NCBI GenBank assembly: GCA_035366835.1
Contig: DAOSIS010000002.1
Coordinates: forward strand, 113,208-177,207
Source of the DNA: Syntrophales bacterium
GTDB lineage: Bacteria > Desulfobacterota > Syntrophia > Syntrophales > UBA6109
Length of the DNA stretch: 64,000 nt
Reading direction: 5' to 3'
Part shown: in pieces, positions 11,010 through 19,506 of the stretch
How the letters are laid out: the number at the start of each line of letters is the position of its first letter
Position numbering within the stretch: position 1 is the stretch's first letter
Made by a program: the position numbers and the translations under genes
The notes under the pieces: generated by a model
What the model was told of the DNA's origin: nothing
The model's database searches: none
What the model saw: the letters and a program-made list of their open reading frames with translations, nothing else

Positions 11010-12225
11010 TCCGTCCTCTCCAGTCGCCGAGAAACATCCCCAGGAGGCGATGGCCCGGAGACACCAGGATCCCCGCCTGTCGCGCCTGACTTTCTCCGAA
11101 CGCCGCCGCGTTCCTGAGGTTTTCACCGGACTTCGATGAAAAGACGGCGAATGGGGACGGATCCGCCGAGTGCGTCTTGATGGAAATGGGAGTGGGATGG
11201 TCGCTCAGAACCATGATCCGGTACTCCGGGTGTGATTTGACGCCTTTCAAGACGGTCCCGACGACCTGTTCGTCGAAGTCCTCGATGGCCTTGATCTTGC
11301 CCCGGAGATTCCCCTCGTGCCCCATCTCGTCCGGCGCCTCGACGTGCAGAAATATGAAGCTCAGCCTGTCGAGATGTTCAAGGGCCTTCTGCGCCTTTCC
11401 GGCGTAATTCGTGTCCGTATAGCCCGTCGCACCTTCCACGCGGATCACCTCGAGTCCCGCATAGACACCGATGCCGTTCAGGAGATCGACTGCGGAAATG
11501 ACGCCGCCCCCGTCGAGCCTGTAGCGCTCCGTCAGCCGTTCGAAGGCCGGCGCCCTCCCCTGTCCCCACAGCCAGATGGAGTTGGCGGCCTTGCGACCCG
11601 CATCGGTCCGACGCCGGTTCACGGGGTGGCGGGCCAGGAAATCGCGGGAAAGTTCCATCAGGCGCAGGAGCGGAGCGGCCGCCGCTCCCTGCGGCAGATA
11701 GGGATCAATCGCTTTTCCGCTGATGTCGTGGGGAGGAGTCGTCAGGACGTCCTCCGAGCCGCCTCTCCATACGCAGAGGTGACGGTACCCGACGCCGGGA
11801 TAGAACTGAAATTCCTCGTTTCCCAGTTCCCGGTGGATGTCCTCGATGATCCGTCTGGATTCGTCGGAAGGAATGTGTCCCGCCGTGAAATCGTCCATCA
11901 CGGACCGCCCGTCCGCCTCCGCGATCGTCACCAGGTTGCAGCGGAAGGCCACGTCCTGCGGCGCCATCTGTACGCCCATGTTCGCGGCTTCGAGCGGGCC
12001 TCGCCCCGAGTAGCTCTCGGCCGGGTTGTATCCGAGCACGCTCAGTGTGGCGACGTCGCTTCCCGGCTTGAAGCCGTGAGGGATCGTATCGATCCTCCCG
12101 ACGGTGCCGTGGCTCGCCATCCAGTCCATGTTCGGAGTGCGGGCGTATTCCAGCGGCGTCTTGCCGCCCAGCTCGGCAATCGGAAAGTCGGCCATGCCGT
12201 CGCCGAGCAGTATCAAATACTTCAT
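10990..12225 (-). CDS. apgM: Cofactor-independent phosphoglycerate-mutase-like protein, archaeal ApgM type (alkaline-phosphatase superfamily); possible non-canonical homoserine kinase
   Basis: MKYLILLGDGMADFPIAELGGKTPLEYARTPNMDWMA N-terminus and a C-terminal HVEAPDEMGHEG motif. The ATG at 12225 shares one nt with the hom TGA stop. A GTG alternative exists at 12228. Confidence 0.85.
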   Translation of the reverse strand: MKYLILLGDGMADFPIAELGGKTPLEYARTPNMDWMASHGTVGRIDTIPHGFKPGSDVATLSVLGYNPAESYSGRGPLEAANMGVQMAPQDVAFRCNLVTIAEADGRSVMDDFTAGHIPSDESRRIIEDIHRELGNEEFQFYPGVGYRHLCVWRGGSEDVLTTPPHDISGKAIDPYLPQGAAAAPLLRLMELSRDFLARHPVNRRRTDAGRKAANSIWLWGQGRAPAFERLTERYRLDGGGVISAVDLLNGIGVYAGLEVIRVEGATGYTDTNYAGKAQKALEHLDRLSFIFLHVEAPDEMGHEGNLRGKIKAIEDFDEQVVGTVLKGVKSHPEYRIMVLSDHPTPISIKTHSADPSPFAVFSSKSGENLRNAAAFGESQARQAGILVSPGHRLLGMFLGDWRGRIEKELH

Positions 12226-13535
12226 CACAGGTTCTCGTCCTCGATCCGGAGCACGGCCGTCTTTCCCTGGACGATATCGAGACGGTCGATCTCGTTCAGG
12301 GCGTCCCTGACGTTCTTCTCCAGAGACTTGTAGGTCGTCATGACGACGGGCACCGGTCCCGTCTGTTTCCTGCCCTTCTGAATGACGGCGGCGATGCTGA
12401 TGTTGTGCTGCCCGAGGATGCCCGATATCTTGGACAGGACACCCGGACGATCCACCGCCGCGAAACGGAAATAGTAATTCGTGGAGATATTTTCAAAGGG
12501 CATCAGGGCGATCTCGTCGATGGTGTCCTCGCTCTGGGAACGGGAGGGCACGCGGCAGCTGACCCCCTTGAGCATGTCCCTCGCGATGTCCACCAGGTCG
12601 CTGACGACGGCGCTCGCGGTCGGCATCATCCCGGCCCCCTGACCGTACAGGAACACGGACCCCGAGGCGTCGCCGATGACGTGAAAGGCGTTGAAATTGG
12701 CGTTCACGCTGGCCAGGAGGTGGTTGAAGGGAATCATGGTCGGATGGATCCTCGCTTCGATCGTTCCGTTCCGGTCGGCGGCAATCGCCAGCAGTTTGAT
12801 CCGATACCCCAATTCTCCGGCGAATTCGATGTCCTGCGGCGAGATGCCCTTGATCCCCTCGCAATGCAGATCCTTCAGGCGGACGTTCTTTCCGTAGGCG
12901 AGGGACAGAAGAATCGCCAGCTTGTGGGCCGTGTCGATCCCTTCGATGTCAAAGGTCGGATCGGCCTCCGCAAAACCGAGCGCCTGAGCCTCCTTAAGCA
13001 CGACGTCGAAGGGCTTGTGCTCGTCGGTCATCTTCGAAAGAATGAAATTCGCCGTCCCGTTGATGATACCGAAGATGGAGCAGATGCGGTTGGCGGCAAG
13101 GCTCTCCTTCAGCACCTTGATGATGGGGATCGTCCCTCCGACGCTCGCTTCAAAGCCGATATTGCGGGCCTGCCTCTCCGCTGCACGGAAGATCTCGCTG
13201 CCGTGAACGGCCAGCAGTGCCTTGTTTGCGGTGACGACGTGCTTCTTCCTTTCAAGAGCGCGCAGGATGAAGGTGCGGGCCGGTTCGTAGCCGCCCACCA
13301 GCTCGATCGCGATGTCGATTTCCGGGTCGTCGAGGATTTCCGAGGCATCCGTCGTCAGAAGGGAAGCCGGCACGTCGACGGACCGCGGTGTCTTGACATC
13401 GATGTCGGCCACCTTCTTCAGGTCGAGGTGGGCCCCCACCCTCCTGTCCAGTAAGTCGGCATTCTGCCGGAGCAGTTTTATGACGCCCGTTCCGATGGTT
13501 CCGAATCCGATCAATCCGACGGAAATGCTTTTCAT
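12225..13535 (-). CDS. hom: Homoserine dehydrogenase (with C-terminal ACT domain)
   Basis: 436 aa. GLIGFGTIGTGV Rossmann motif, a central catalytic domain and an ACT-like tail (RFAAVDRPGVLSKISGILG). Confidence 0.93.
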   Translation of the reverse strand: MKSISVGLIGFGTIGTGVIKLLRQNADLLDRRVGAHLDLKKVADIDVKTPRSVDVPASLLTTDASEILDDPEIDIAIELVGGYEPARTFILRALERKKHVVTANKALLAVHGSEIFRAAERQARNIGFEASVGGTIPIIKVLKESLAANRICSIFGIINGTANFILSKMTDEHKPFDVVLKEAQALGFAEADPTFDIEGIDTAHKLAILLSLAYGKNVRLKDLHCEGIKGISPQDIEFAGELGYRIKLLAIAADRNGTIEARIHPTMIPFNHLLASVNANFNAFHVIGDASGSVFLYGQGAGMMPTASAVVSDLVDIARDMLKGVSCRVPSRSQSEDTIDEIALMPFENISTNYYFRFAAVDRPGVLSKISGILGQHNISIAAVIQKGRKQTGPVPVVMTTYKSLEKNVRDALNEIDRLDIVQGKTAVLRIEDENL

Positions 13536-13575
13536 ATCGAGATTCTCCGTTGGTTCGCCTGAGCGGCGTTGCGTT

Positions 13576-13603
13576 TCTATATCAGCTTCGCTGTTTTTGT
13601 CAA
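13576..13603 (-). promoter_or_regulatory. Sigma70-type promoter candidate for the hom string: TTGACA-16 nt-TATAGA
   Basis: On the minus strand, TTGACA is at 13603-13598 and TATAGA at 13581-13576. This lies about 40 nt upstream of the hom ATG. Confidence 0.4.
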
Positions 13604-13619
13604 AGCAAAATCCTCGCCT

Positions 13620-16076
13620 TCACCCGGTTTTCGCCAGTTCGAGCCTTCCCTCCCATCGTTTCAACACGACCGCGCGGAGCAGGCGGTTCTCCGGCTTGCT
13701 CAGATCGGGGTCCTCTTCAATGACGGAGAACGCATCCGTTCTTGCATCGCCCAGGAGCTTCAAATCGCGGATGACGCTGGCGACCCGGAAATCGGGAATC
13801 CCGGATTGCCGTGTGCCCATGAATTCGCCCGGCCCCCGGATGGCGAGATCCTCTTCGGCGATCCGGAATCCGTCGTTGGTCAATTCCATGATGCGCAGCC
13901 TCCTCCGGGAATCGTCGGTCGTCGCCTTTTGAACCATCAGGATGCAGCGCGACGGGATGTCGCTTCTCCCCACCCTTCCCCGCAACTGATGGAGCTGAGA
14001 CAGGCCGAAACGCTCCGCGTGTTCGATCACCATGAGGGAGGCCCGGGGGATGTCGATGCCGACTTCGATCACCGTGGTCGCGACCAGGATACGGATGTCC
14101 CCGTTTCCGAAGGCCTTCATGGCAGCGCTCTTCTCGGTCTCCTTCATCTTGCCGTGGACGAGGCCGATCGGATAATCGGGAAAGACGTCCTTTGCGAGGT
14201 GTTCCGCCATGCGGGTCGCATCCTTGAGGTCGAGGGCCTCGGATTCCTCGACCAGCGGGTAGACGATGAAGACCTGGCGGCCTTCGGCGAGTTCACGGCG
14301 CACGATCTCATAGACGCGGTCCCGATGCCGCTCGTAGAACACCTTCGTCGCCACGGAAAGCTTTCCCGGCGGCATTTCGTCGATGACCGATACGTCGAGA
14401 TCGCCGTAGAGCGTCATCGCGAGCGTTCTGGGAATCGGGGTTGCCGTCATGACCAGCACGTGCGGGTTGCGCCCCTTTTCCCGCAATGCGGCCCTCTGAA
14501 CGACGCCGAACCGGTGCTGCTCGTCGATGACGGCCATGCCCAGATTGCGGAAATCCGTTTCCTGCTGGATCAACGCGTGCGTGCCGACCACGACGTCGAT
14601 GCGGCCGCGGGCGATTTCCTCCTGCACGGTTTTCTTTGCCGCTGCGCCCATCCCGCCCGTGAGAATCGCCACCGCCAGGTTCAATTTCCGGCACCACTCC
14701 CGGATGTTGCGGTAGTGTTGCGCCGCCAGGATCTCGGTCGGCGCCATGATGGCCGCCTGGAAGCCGGACGCGCACGCCATGATCAGGGCCGACATGGCGA
14801 CGACGGTTTTGCCGGACCCCACATCCCCTTGGAGAAGCCTGCTCATCGGACGGCCGCCTGAGACGTCGCGCTCGATTTCGGCGACGACGCGTTTCTGCGC
14901 CGCGGTCAATGCAAAGGGCAGGATCCGATGAAATTCGTCCAGCATGGGGCCCTTGCCTTTCAACGTCGGGCCGTCCTGATCGAGGTTCCCCCTTTTCCGC
15001 AGCGCCATGCCCAACTGGAAGAAAAAGAATTCATCGTAGACGATTCGCTGATGGGCGCGGGAGGAGGCATCATTGTAACGGTTCACATCGCTGTCCGCGG
15101 GCGGGAAATGCACCGCCTCGAAGGCCTCCCGGATCGGCAGGAATCCCCTCGACCTTGAGATCGCGTCCGGTATCGGGCTGAGTACCGACGGCGCATAGCG
15201 CAGCACGACCTCCTTCATGATCCGGCGGATGTTCTTCTGATGGAGCCCTTCCGTCTCGGAATAAATGGGGACAATCCTGCGGAAATGCAGCAGATCTTCT
15301 TCGTCGTCGCCGATCGCTTCCAGATCGGGATGAACCATGCTTTTGCCGAGTTGAAAGCTGCTGATTTCCCCGGTCAGAATGAATCGGCTGTCCTTTCGCA
15401 GGAGATTGCGAAGATGGCCCGCATGGCCGTGAAACCATTTCACCGTCAGGGACCCGGACCCGTCGGTGAAGACGGCTTCCAGAACACTCTTCCTTCCGTA
15501 ACGCTTCACCTCGGCGTGGACGATCTTCGCCACGACCGTCTCTTTGCTTCCCACCCGGGTATCGGCGATCTTCCTGACGAACCGTCTGTCCTCGTATCGC
15601 CTCGGAAGAAAGTACAGGAGATCTTCGACGGTATGGAGATTCTTTCGTTCCAGTTGTGACGAAATGCGCGGTCCCACGCCCTTGACGAAACGAATGGGGC
15701 GGCTCAGTTCACCGAAGGACTTCTCGGCATCCGGGGGAGGCGCATTCCGTGAATCCGCGGGCGCCTGCGGTGGACCGGGGCGGGCCGGCGAAGGTTCCGG
15801 CAGATGTTCCCGGAGAGCATGAATCGCCCGAAGGACGTGCTCGAGGCATTCCTGAAGAGTGGAGGAGGAGAGTGTCTCGAGGGACGACAGAGACGTTTCG
15901 AGATCCTTGACGAAGGGTTCCAGATCCCCCCTCTTCCCGGTCGCCAGGACACGACGCAGCGAATCCGTCATCGCCCTCAGTCCGGGCCCCAGTCCGATCA
16001 CCGGCCGGTGCGGGGTCCGCAAGGCGAAAAGGACGGGTCTCTCGATCCTCTCCAAGATGTCCCGAACAGATTCCAC
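13620..16076 (-). CDS. recG: ATP-dependent DNA helicase RecG (with a long N-terminal extension)
   Basis: 818 aa. Wedge domain, helicase motifs (GDVGSGKT, DEQHRFG) and a TRG motif region. The first roughly 130 aa, including a Pro/Ala-rich linker, are extra compared with the shorter RecG proteins I recall. Confidence 0.92.
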   Translation of the reverse strand: MESVRDILERIERPVLFALRTPHRPVIGLGPGLRAMTDSLRRVLATGKRGDLEPFVKDLETSLSSLETLSSSTLQECLEHVLRAIHALREHLPEPSPARPGPPQAPADSRNAPPPDAEKSFGELSRPIRFVKGVGPRISSQLERKNLHTVEDLLYFLPRRYEDRRFVRKIADTRVGSKETVVAKIVHAEVKRYGRKSVLEAVFTDGSGSLTVKWFHGHAGHLRNLLRKDSRFILTGEISSFQLGKSMVHPDLEAIGDDEEDLLHFRRIVPIYSETEGLHQKNIRRIMKEVVLRYAPSVLSPIPDAISRSRGFLPIREAFEAVHFPPADSDVNRYNDASSRAHQRIVYDEFFFFQLGMALRKRGNLDQDGPTLKGKGPMLDEFHRILPFALTAAQKRVVAEIERDVSGGRPMSRLLQGDVGSGKTVVAMSALIMACASGFQAAIMAPTEILAAQHYRNIREWCRKLNLAVAILTGGMGAAAKKTVQEEIARGRIDVVVGTHALIQQETDFRNLGMAVIDEQHRFGVVQRAALREKGRNPHVLVMTATPIPRTLAMTLYGDLDVSVIDEMPPGKLSVATKVFYERHRDRVYEIVRRELAEGRQVFIVYPLVEESEALDLKDATRMAEHLAKDVFPDYPIGLVHGKMKETEKSAAMKAFGNGDIRILVATTVIEVGIDIPRASLMVIEHAERFGLSQLHQLRGRVGRSDIPSRCILMVQKATTDDSRRRLRIMELTNDGFRIAEEDLAIRGPGEFMGTRQSGIPDFRVASVIRDLKLLGDARTDAFSVIEEDPDLSKPENRLLRAVVLKRWEGRLELAKTG

Positions 16077-16163
16077 AAGAACCCCATAGCGTTTTATCTA
16101 ATGAATTCATAGATAAACGATGTTTTCCGTTAGCAGATCTGAGGCACTTTGGCAAGGAAAGAA

Positions 16164-16192
16164 TTGACAACACCGGGTGATTGCGTTAGAAA
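16164..16192 (+). promoter_or_regulatory. Sigma70-type promoter candidate for purMN: TTGACA-17 nt-TAGAAA
   Basis: TTGACA at 16164-16169 and TAGAAA at 16187-16192, about 70 nt upstream of the purM ATG. Confidence 0.35.
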
Positions 16193-16264
16193 ATTCGACT
16201 TCGATACGACGCACGACAAAGGTTTTTTTCAGGACCGCGGCGAATTCCATCTGCTGGAGCAATC

Positions 16265-17308
16265 ATGAAAGCGAAGACTTCCTACCGAAGCGCAGGCGTC
16301 GACATCGACAGGGCCAACCGCTTCATCGACCTCATCAAGCCCATGATCAAGTCCACGTCCCGCAAAGAGGTGATGGGATCCATCGGCGGGTTCGGAGGGC
16401 TGTTTCACCTCGACGTCGCCAGATACAGGGACCCGATCCTGGTGTCCTCCACGGACGGAGTGGGCACGAAACTCAAGGTCGCGCAGATGGTGGACAAGCA
16501 TGACACGATCGGTATCGATCTGGTTGCGATGTCCGTCAACGATGTCGCCGTTCAGGGTGCGGAACCCCTTTTCTTCCTGGACTACCTGGCCACAGGGAAA
16601 GTCCATCTGGAGAAATCCATTTCGATCATGGAGGGGATCGTCAAGGGATGCCAGGATGCTGGCTGCGCATTGCTGGGCGGCGAAACCGCGGAAATGCCGG
16701 GCGTCTATGGGGAAGACGAATATGACCTCGCCGGCTTCTGCGTCGGCGTCGTCGATGCCGACCGTATGATCGACGGCTCCACCATCAGCGTCGGAGACAA
16801 GATCATCGGCATCGCGTCCAGCGGCCTTCACAGCAACGGTTTTTCCCTGGCGCGCAAAGCGCTCTTCGAGCAGGCCGGCCTGCACGTGGAGGATCGCATC
16901 GAAGGACTGGATCAGCCCCTTGGACTGGAGTTGCTCAGGCCCACAAGAATTTACGTGAAACCCCTCTTGAACCTCTTCAAAAACTTCACCGTCAAGGGGC
17001 TTGTCCACATAACGGGCGGCGGCTTTTTCGACAACATCCCGAGGATCGTTCCCTCCCCCTGCCGCGCCGTCATCACCGGAGGCAGTTGGCGGATTCCACG
17101 GATCTTCACGGTCATTCAAGAAGCTGGCAACGTGGACGACCACGAGATGATGAGGGTCTTCAACATGGGGATCGGGATGATGATCGTTGTTTCCGAAAAG
17201 GAGACTCCCGAAGTGATCGAACGGCTGGAAAAACTCGGTGAAAGCGCCTCCCTCATCGGTGCGATCGAGAAACGGGATCCCGAACAGGCCTCCGTTGTCG
17301 TGGTGTAG
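16265..17308 (+). CDS. purM: Phosphoribosylformylglycinamidine cyclo-ligase (AIR synthetase)
   Basis: 347 aa. SYRSAGVDID, GGFGGLF and DGVGTK motifs. Confidence 0.95.
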   Translation: MKAKTSYRSAGVDIDRANRFIDLIKPMIKSTSRKEVMGSIGGFGGLFHLDVARYRDPILVSSTDGVGTKLKVAQMVDKHDTIGIDLVAMSVNDVAVQGAEPLFFLDYLATGKVHLEKSISIMEGIVKGCQDAGCALLGGETAEMPGVYGEDEYDLAGFCVGVVDADRMIDGSTISVGDKIIGIASSGLHSNGFSLARKALFEQAGLHVEDRIEGLDQPLGLELLRPTRIYVKPLLNLFKNFTVKGLVHITGGGFFDNIPRIVPSPCRAVITGGSWRIPRIFTVIQEAGNVDDHEMMRVFNMGIGMMIVVSEKETPEVIERLEKLGESASLIGAIEKRDPEQASVVVV

Positions 17309-17311
17309 ACG

Positions 17312-17977
17312 ATGAAGAAGGACCTTGCCATCGGGGTGCTGGTCTCCGGGAGCGGCTCGAATCTTCAGTCCCTCATCGATCACATCGAGGCCGGCAAACT
17401 GTCCGCGCGCATCGAGGTCGTCATCAGCAACAATCCGACCGCGCTCGGCGTGGAGAGGGCGAAGAGGCACGGCATCCCCTGTTTTGTCGTCGACCACCGG
17501 GACTTCGCAAGCCGTGAAGACTTCGATCGCGAGTTGATCCGCATTCTGCACGACCGAAAAGTCGACCTGGTCGCCCTGGCGGGATTCATGCGGGTCCTTT
17601 CGCCGCTCTTCCTGAAGACGTTTGCCATGAGGATTATGAACATTCATCCCGCGCTGCTGCCCTCTTTTCCGGGCACCCACGGCCAGCGGCAGGCCTTTGA
17701 GTTCGGCGTGAAGCTTTCGGGATGCACGGTCCACTTTGTCGATGAGGGAGTGGATACGGGGCCGATCATTGTTCAGGCCGCGGTCCCTGTCCGGGAAGAT
17801 GATACCGATGAGACACTCGCCGCGAGGATTCTCAAGGAAGAGCACCGGATCTATCCTCAGGCGATTCAATGGTATGCCGAGGGCCGACTGTCCGTCGAAG
17901 GCCGCAGGGTTTATCTCAGAGGCGGCCGCCCTCCGGCCGATGTCCGGTTGCATCATCCGCCCCTGGAAGGGTTCTGA
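17312..17977 (+). CDS. purN: Phosphoribosylglycinamide formyltransferase
   Basis: 221 aa. VLVSGSGSNLQ, NIHPALLP and SGCTVHFVDEGVDTGPII motifs. Starts 3 nt after purM. Confidence 0.93.
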   Translation: MKKDLAIGVLVSGSGSNLQSLIDHIEAGKLSARIEVVISNNPTALGVERAKRHGIPCFVVDHRDFASREDFDRELIRILHDRKVDLVALAGFMRVLSPLFLKTFAMRIMNIHPALLPSFPGTHGQRQAFEFGVKLSGCTVHFVDEGVDTGPIIVQAAVPVREDDTDETLAARILKEEHRIYPQAIQWYAEGRLSVEGRRVYLRGGRPPADVRLHHPPLEGF

Positions 17978-18012
17978 GATCGAAGCGCCCTGCGTCCCCC
18001 TCTTGTGATCCT

Positions 18013-19506
18013 ATGAAGCAGATTTGTGACATCGCCGTCATCGGCAGGGACACTGCGTCGCTGGTCGCCGCGATGCTGTGCGCCCGCTGGGGGAAACGCA
18101 CGATCCTGATCGCCGAACAGGGTTTTGCCTCCGATTACGAAATCTCCGGGTATCGATTTTCCGTCGATCCCACGCCGATGAGTGGATTCGGTCCCTCGCA
18201 GACCTGCCTGAGATTGCTGGCGGAGCTGGATCTCCCGCTCCCCGATCGGTCACGCCTGCAGAGACTCGACCCCGCCATGCAGGTGCTCCTGCCCGGCTGC
18301 AGACTGGATCTTCCCGCCGGGCGCGAGGCCCTCTGCGATGAGCTTCAGCGGGAGTTTCCGCTGCTCGGGAGCGAGTTTCGGTCGTTCCTTTCCTCCATGC
18401 AGGATGCCGTCGACCTCTTCGATGACTGGGTCAAAGCCAATCCCTGGATCCGTCCCTCGTCCTGCAAAGAAGCCTTGAGGCTCCTGAGACTGATTCCCAA
18501 GCTGCTCAAGACGAAATTGGCCCTGATGAGGATGACGGGCAGCCGGCTGGAAAAGAAGGAACCCGCCGTCAAACGGATCCTGGAAGCGCAGCGGTTCATC
18601 CTCTCCCACCTGCACGACGAAGGCCTGAAGAGTCTTTCCTCCGCCTATGCCTTCTGCCTTCCCTGGCGGGGCCTCTATTATGCGGCCGGGGGGCGCGGAA
18701 GCCTGCTCGAGCCGATGCGGAAGGCCTTTCAGGACATGGGCGGCAAGATCATCAACGACGGTTCGATCGTGCGCATCCGTACGGCAGCCGGTGAAAACGA
18801 GATCGACCTGAAGGCGGGCGACGACGTCGACAAGATTCTTGCCGACCGGATGATCGTCAGCACGAAATGGGAGAACCTCGCCATGATCCTCCTGACGGAG
18901 CGGAAATTTCAGCGTCTGGGGCGGCGCCTGCGGAACATCCGGGTCGTCCGGTTTCCCTTTACCGTCCAGATGGGTGTGCGGGAAGTGGGCCTGCCCGAGA
19001 GGCTGGCGCCGCTGGTCGCGGTCGTGAGCGATGAAAAGAAGAGCGTAACGGACCGGAACCTCTTGTTTCTCCAGGTCAGCCGCCCGGGAGACCTGGAATC
19101 GGCCCCGGCAGGGAAACGTGCCGTCGAGGTGACCCTCTTTCTGCATGAATCGCCGCTGCGCCTGACCAACGAGGAATTGCGGCGGCAGATTTTCTCCGAA
19201 CTCGACCGGTTGGATTCTTTCCTGCCCTTCCTCCGCGAGAACATCGACTATCTGGATATCGACAAGTCGATCGAGTTGGCACGGCGCCATCAGGAGGCCA
19301 TCAACATGAAGTACCAGACGAAGTCGAAACCTTTCTGGGGCATCACGGCGCTTGGGAACAGGACGCCCGCACCCCGTGTCTTTCTCACGGGTGGACTGCT
19401 GCTGGCCGGCCTGGGGTATGAAGGGGAAATCATGGCCGGTATCCAGAGCGCCCAGTCGGCCCTGGCAGGTGAAGGAGGACCTCGCGATGCTGCCCGAACA
19501 GTATGA
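18013..19506 (+). CDS. Phytoene-desaturase (CrtI)-family oxidoreductase-like protein with a degenerate dinucleotide-binding motif
   Basis: Start set at MKQICDIAVIGRDTASLVAA (ATG 18013). The family call rests on overall resemblance only. No clear Shine-Dalgarno site. The track ORF start at 17869 lies inside purN. Confidence 0.5.
   Translation: MKQICDIAVIGRDTASLVAAMLCARWGKRTILIAEQGFASDYEISGYRFSVDPTPMSGFGPSQTCLRLLAELDLPLPDRSRLQRLDPAMQVLLPGCRLDLPAGREALCDELQREFPLLGSEFRSFLSSMQDAVDLFDDWVKANPWIRPSSCKEALRLLRLIPKLLKTKLALMRMTGSRLEKKEPAVKRILEAQRFILSHLHDEGLKSLSSAYAFCLPWRGLYYAAGGRGSLLEPMRKAFQDMGGKIINDGSIVRIRTAAGENEIDLKAGDDVDKILADRMIVSTKWENLAMILLTERKFQRLGRRLRNIRVVRFPFTVQMGVREVGLPERLAPLVAVVSDEKKSVTDRNLLFLQVSRPGDLESAPAGKRAVEVTLFLHESPLRLTNEELRRQIFSELDRLDSFLPFLRENIDYLDIDKSIELARRHQEAINMKYQTKSKPFWGITALGNRTPAPRVFLTGGLLLAGLGYEGEIMAGIQSAQSALAGEGGPRDAARTV

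Noticed and set aside
16141-16160. A GGCACTTTGGCAAGG string in the recG/purM divergent region that looked sigma54-like.
   Set aside because: No alignment gives both the -24 GG and a -12 TTGC at the correct 10-nt spacing. A sigma70-type TTGACA-17-TAGAAA promoter next to it explains purM expression.
17869-18012. Upstream-extended starts offered by the ORF track. Examples: 17869 for the CrtI-like gene, 19352 for pfk, 41830 for the HMGL gene, 45979 for uvrD, 46773 for adk, 36365 for the kinase, 31713 for livG, 30754 for the ligase, 55487 for the second kinase.
   Set aside because: The extensions overlap upstream genes or intergenic DNA and lack family-conserved sequence. Internal ATGs match the conserved N-termini, usually with a Shine-Dalgarno site or an ATGA coupling.
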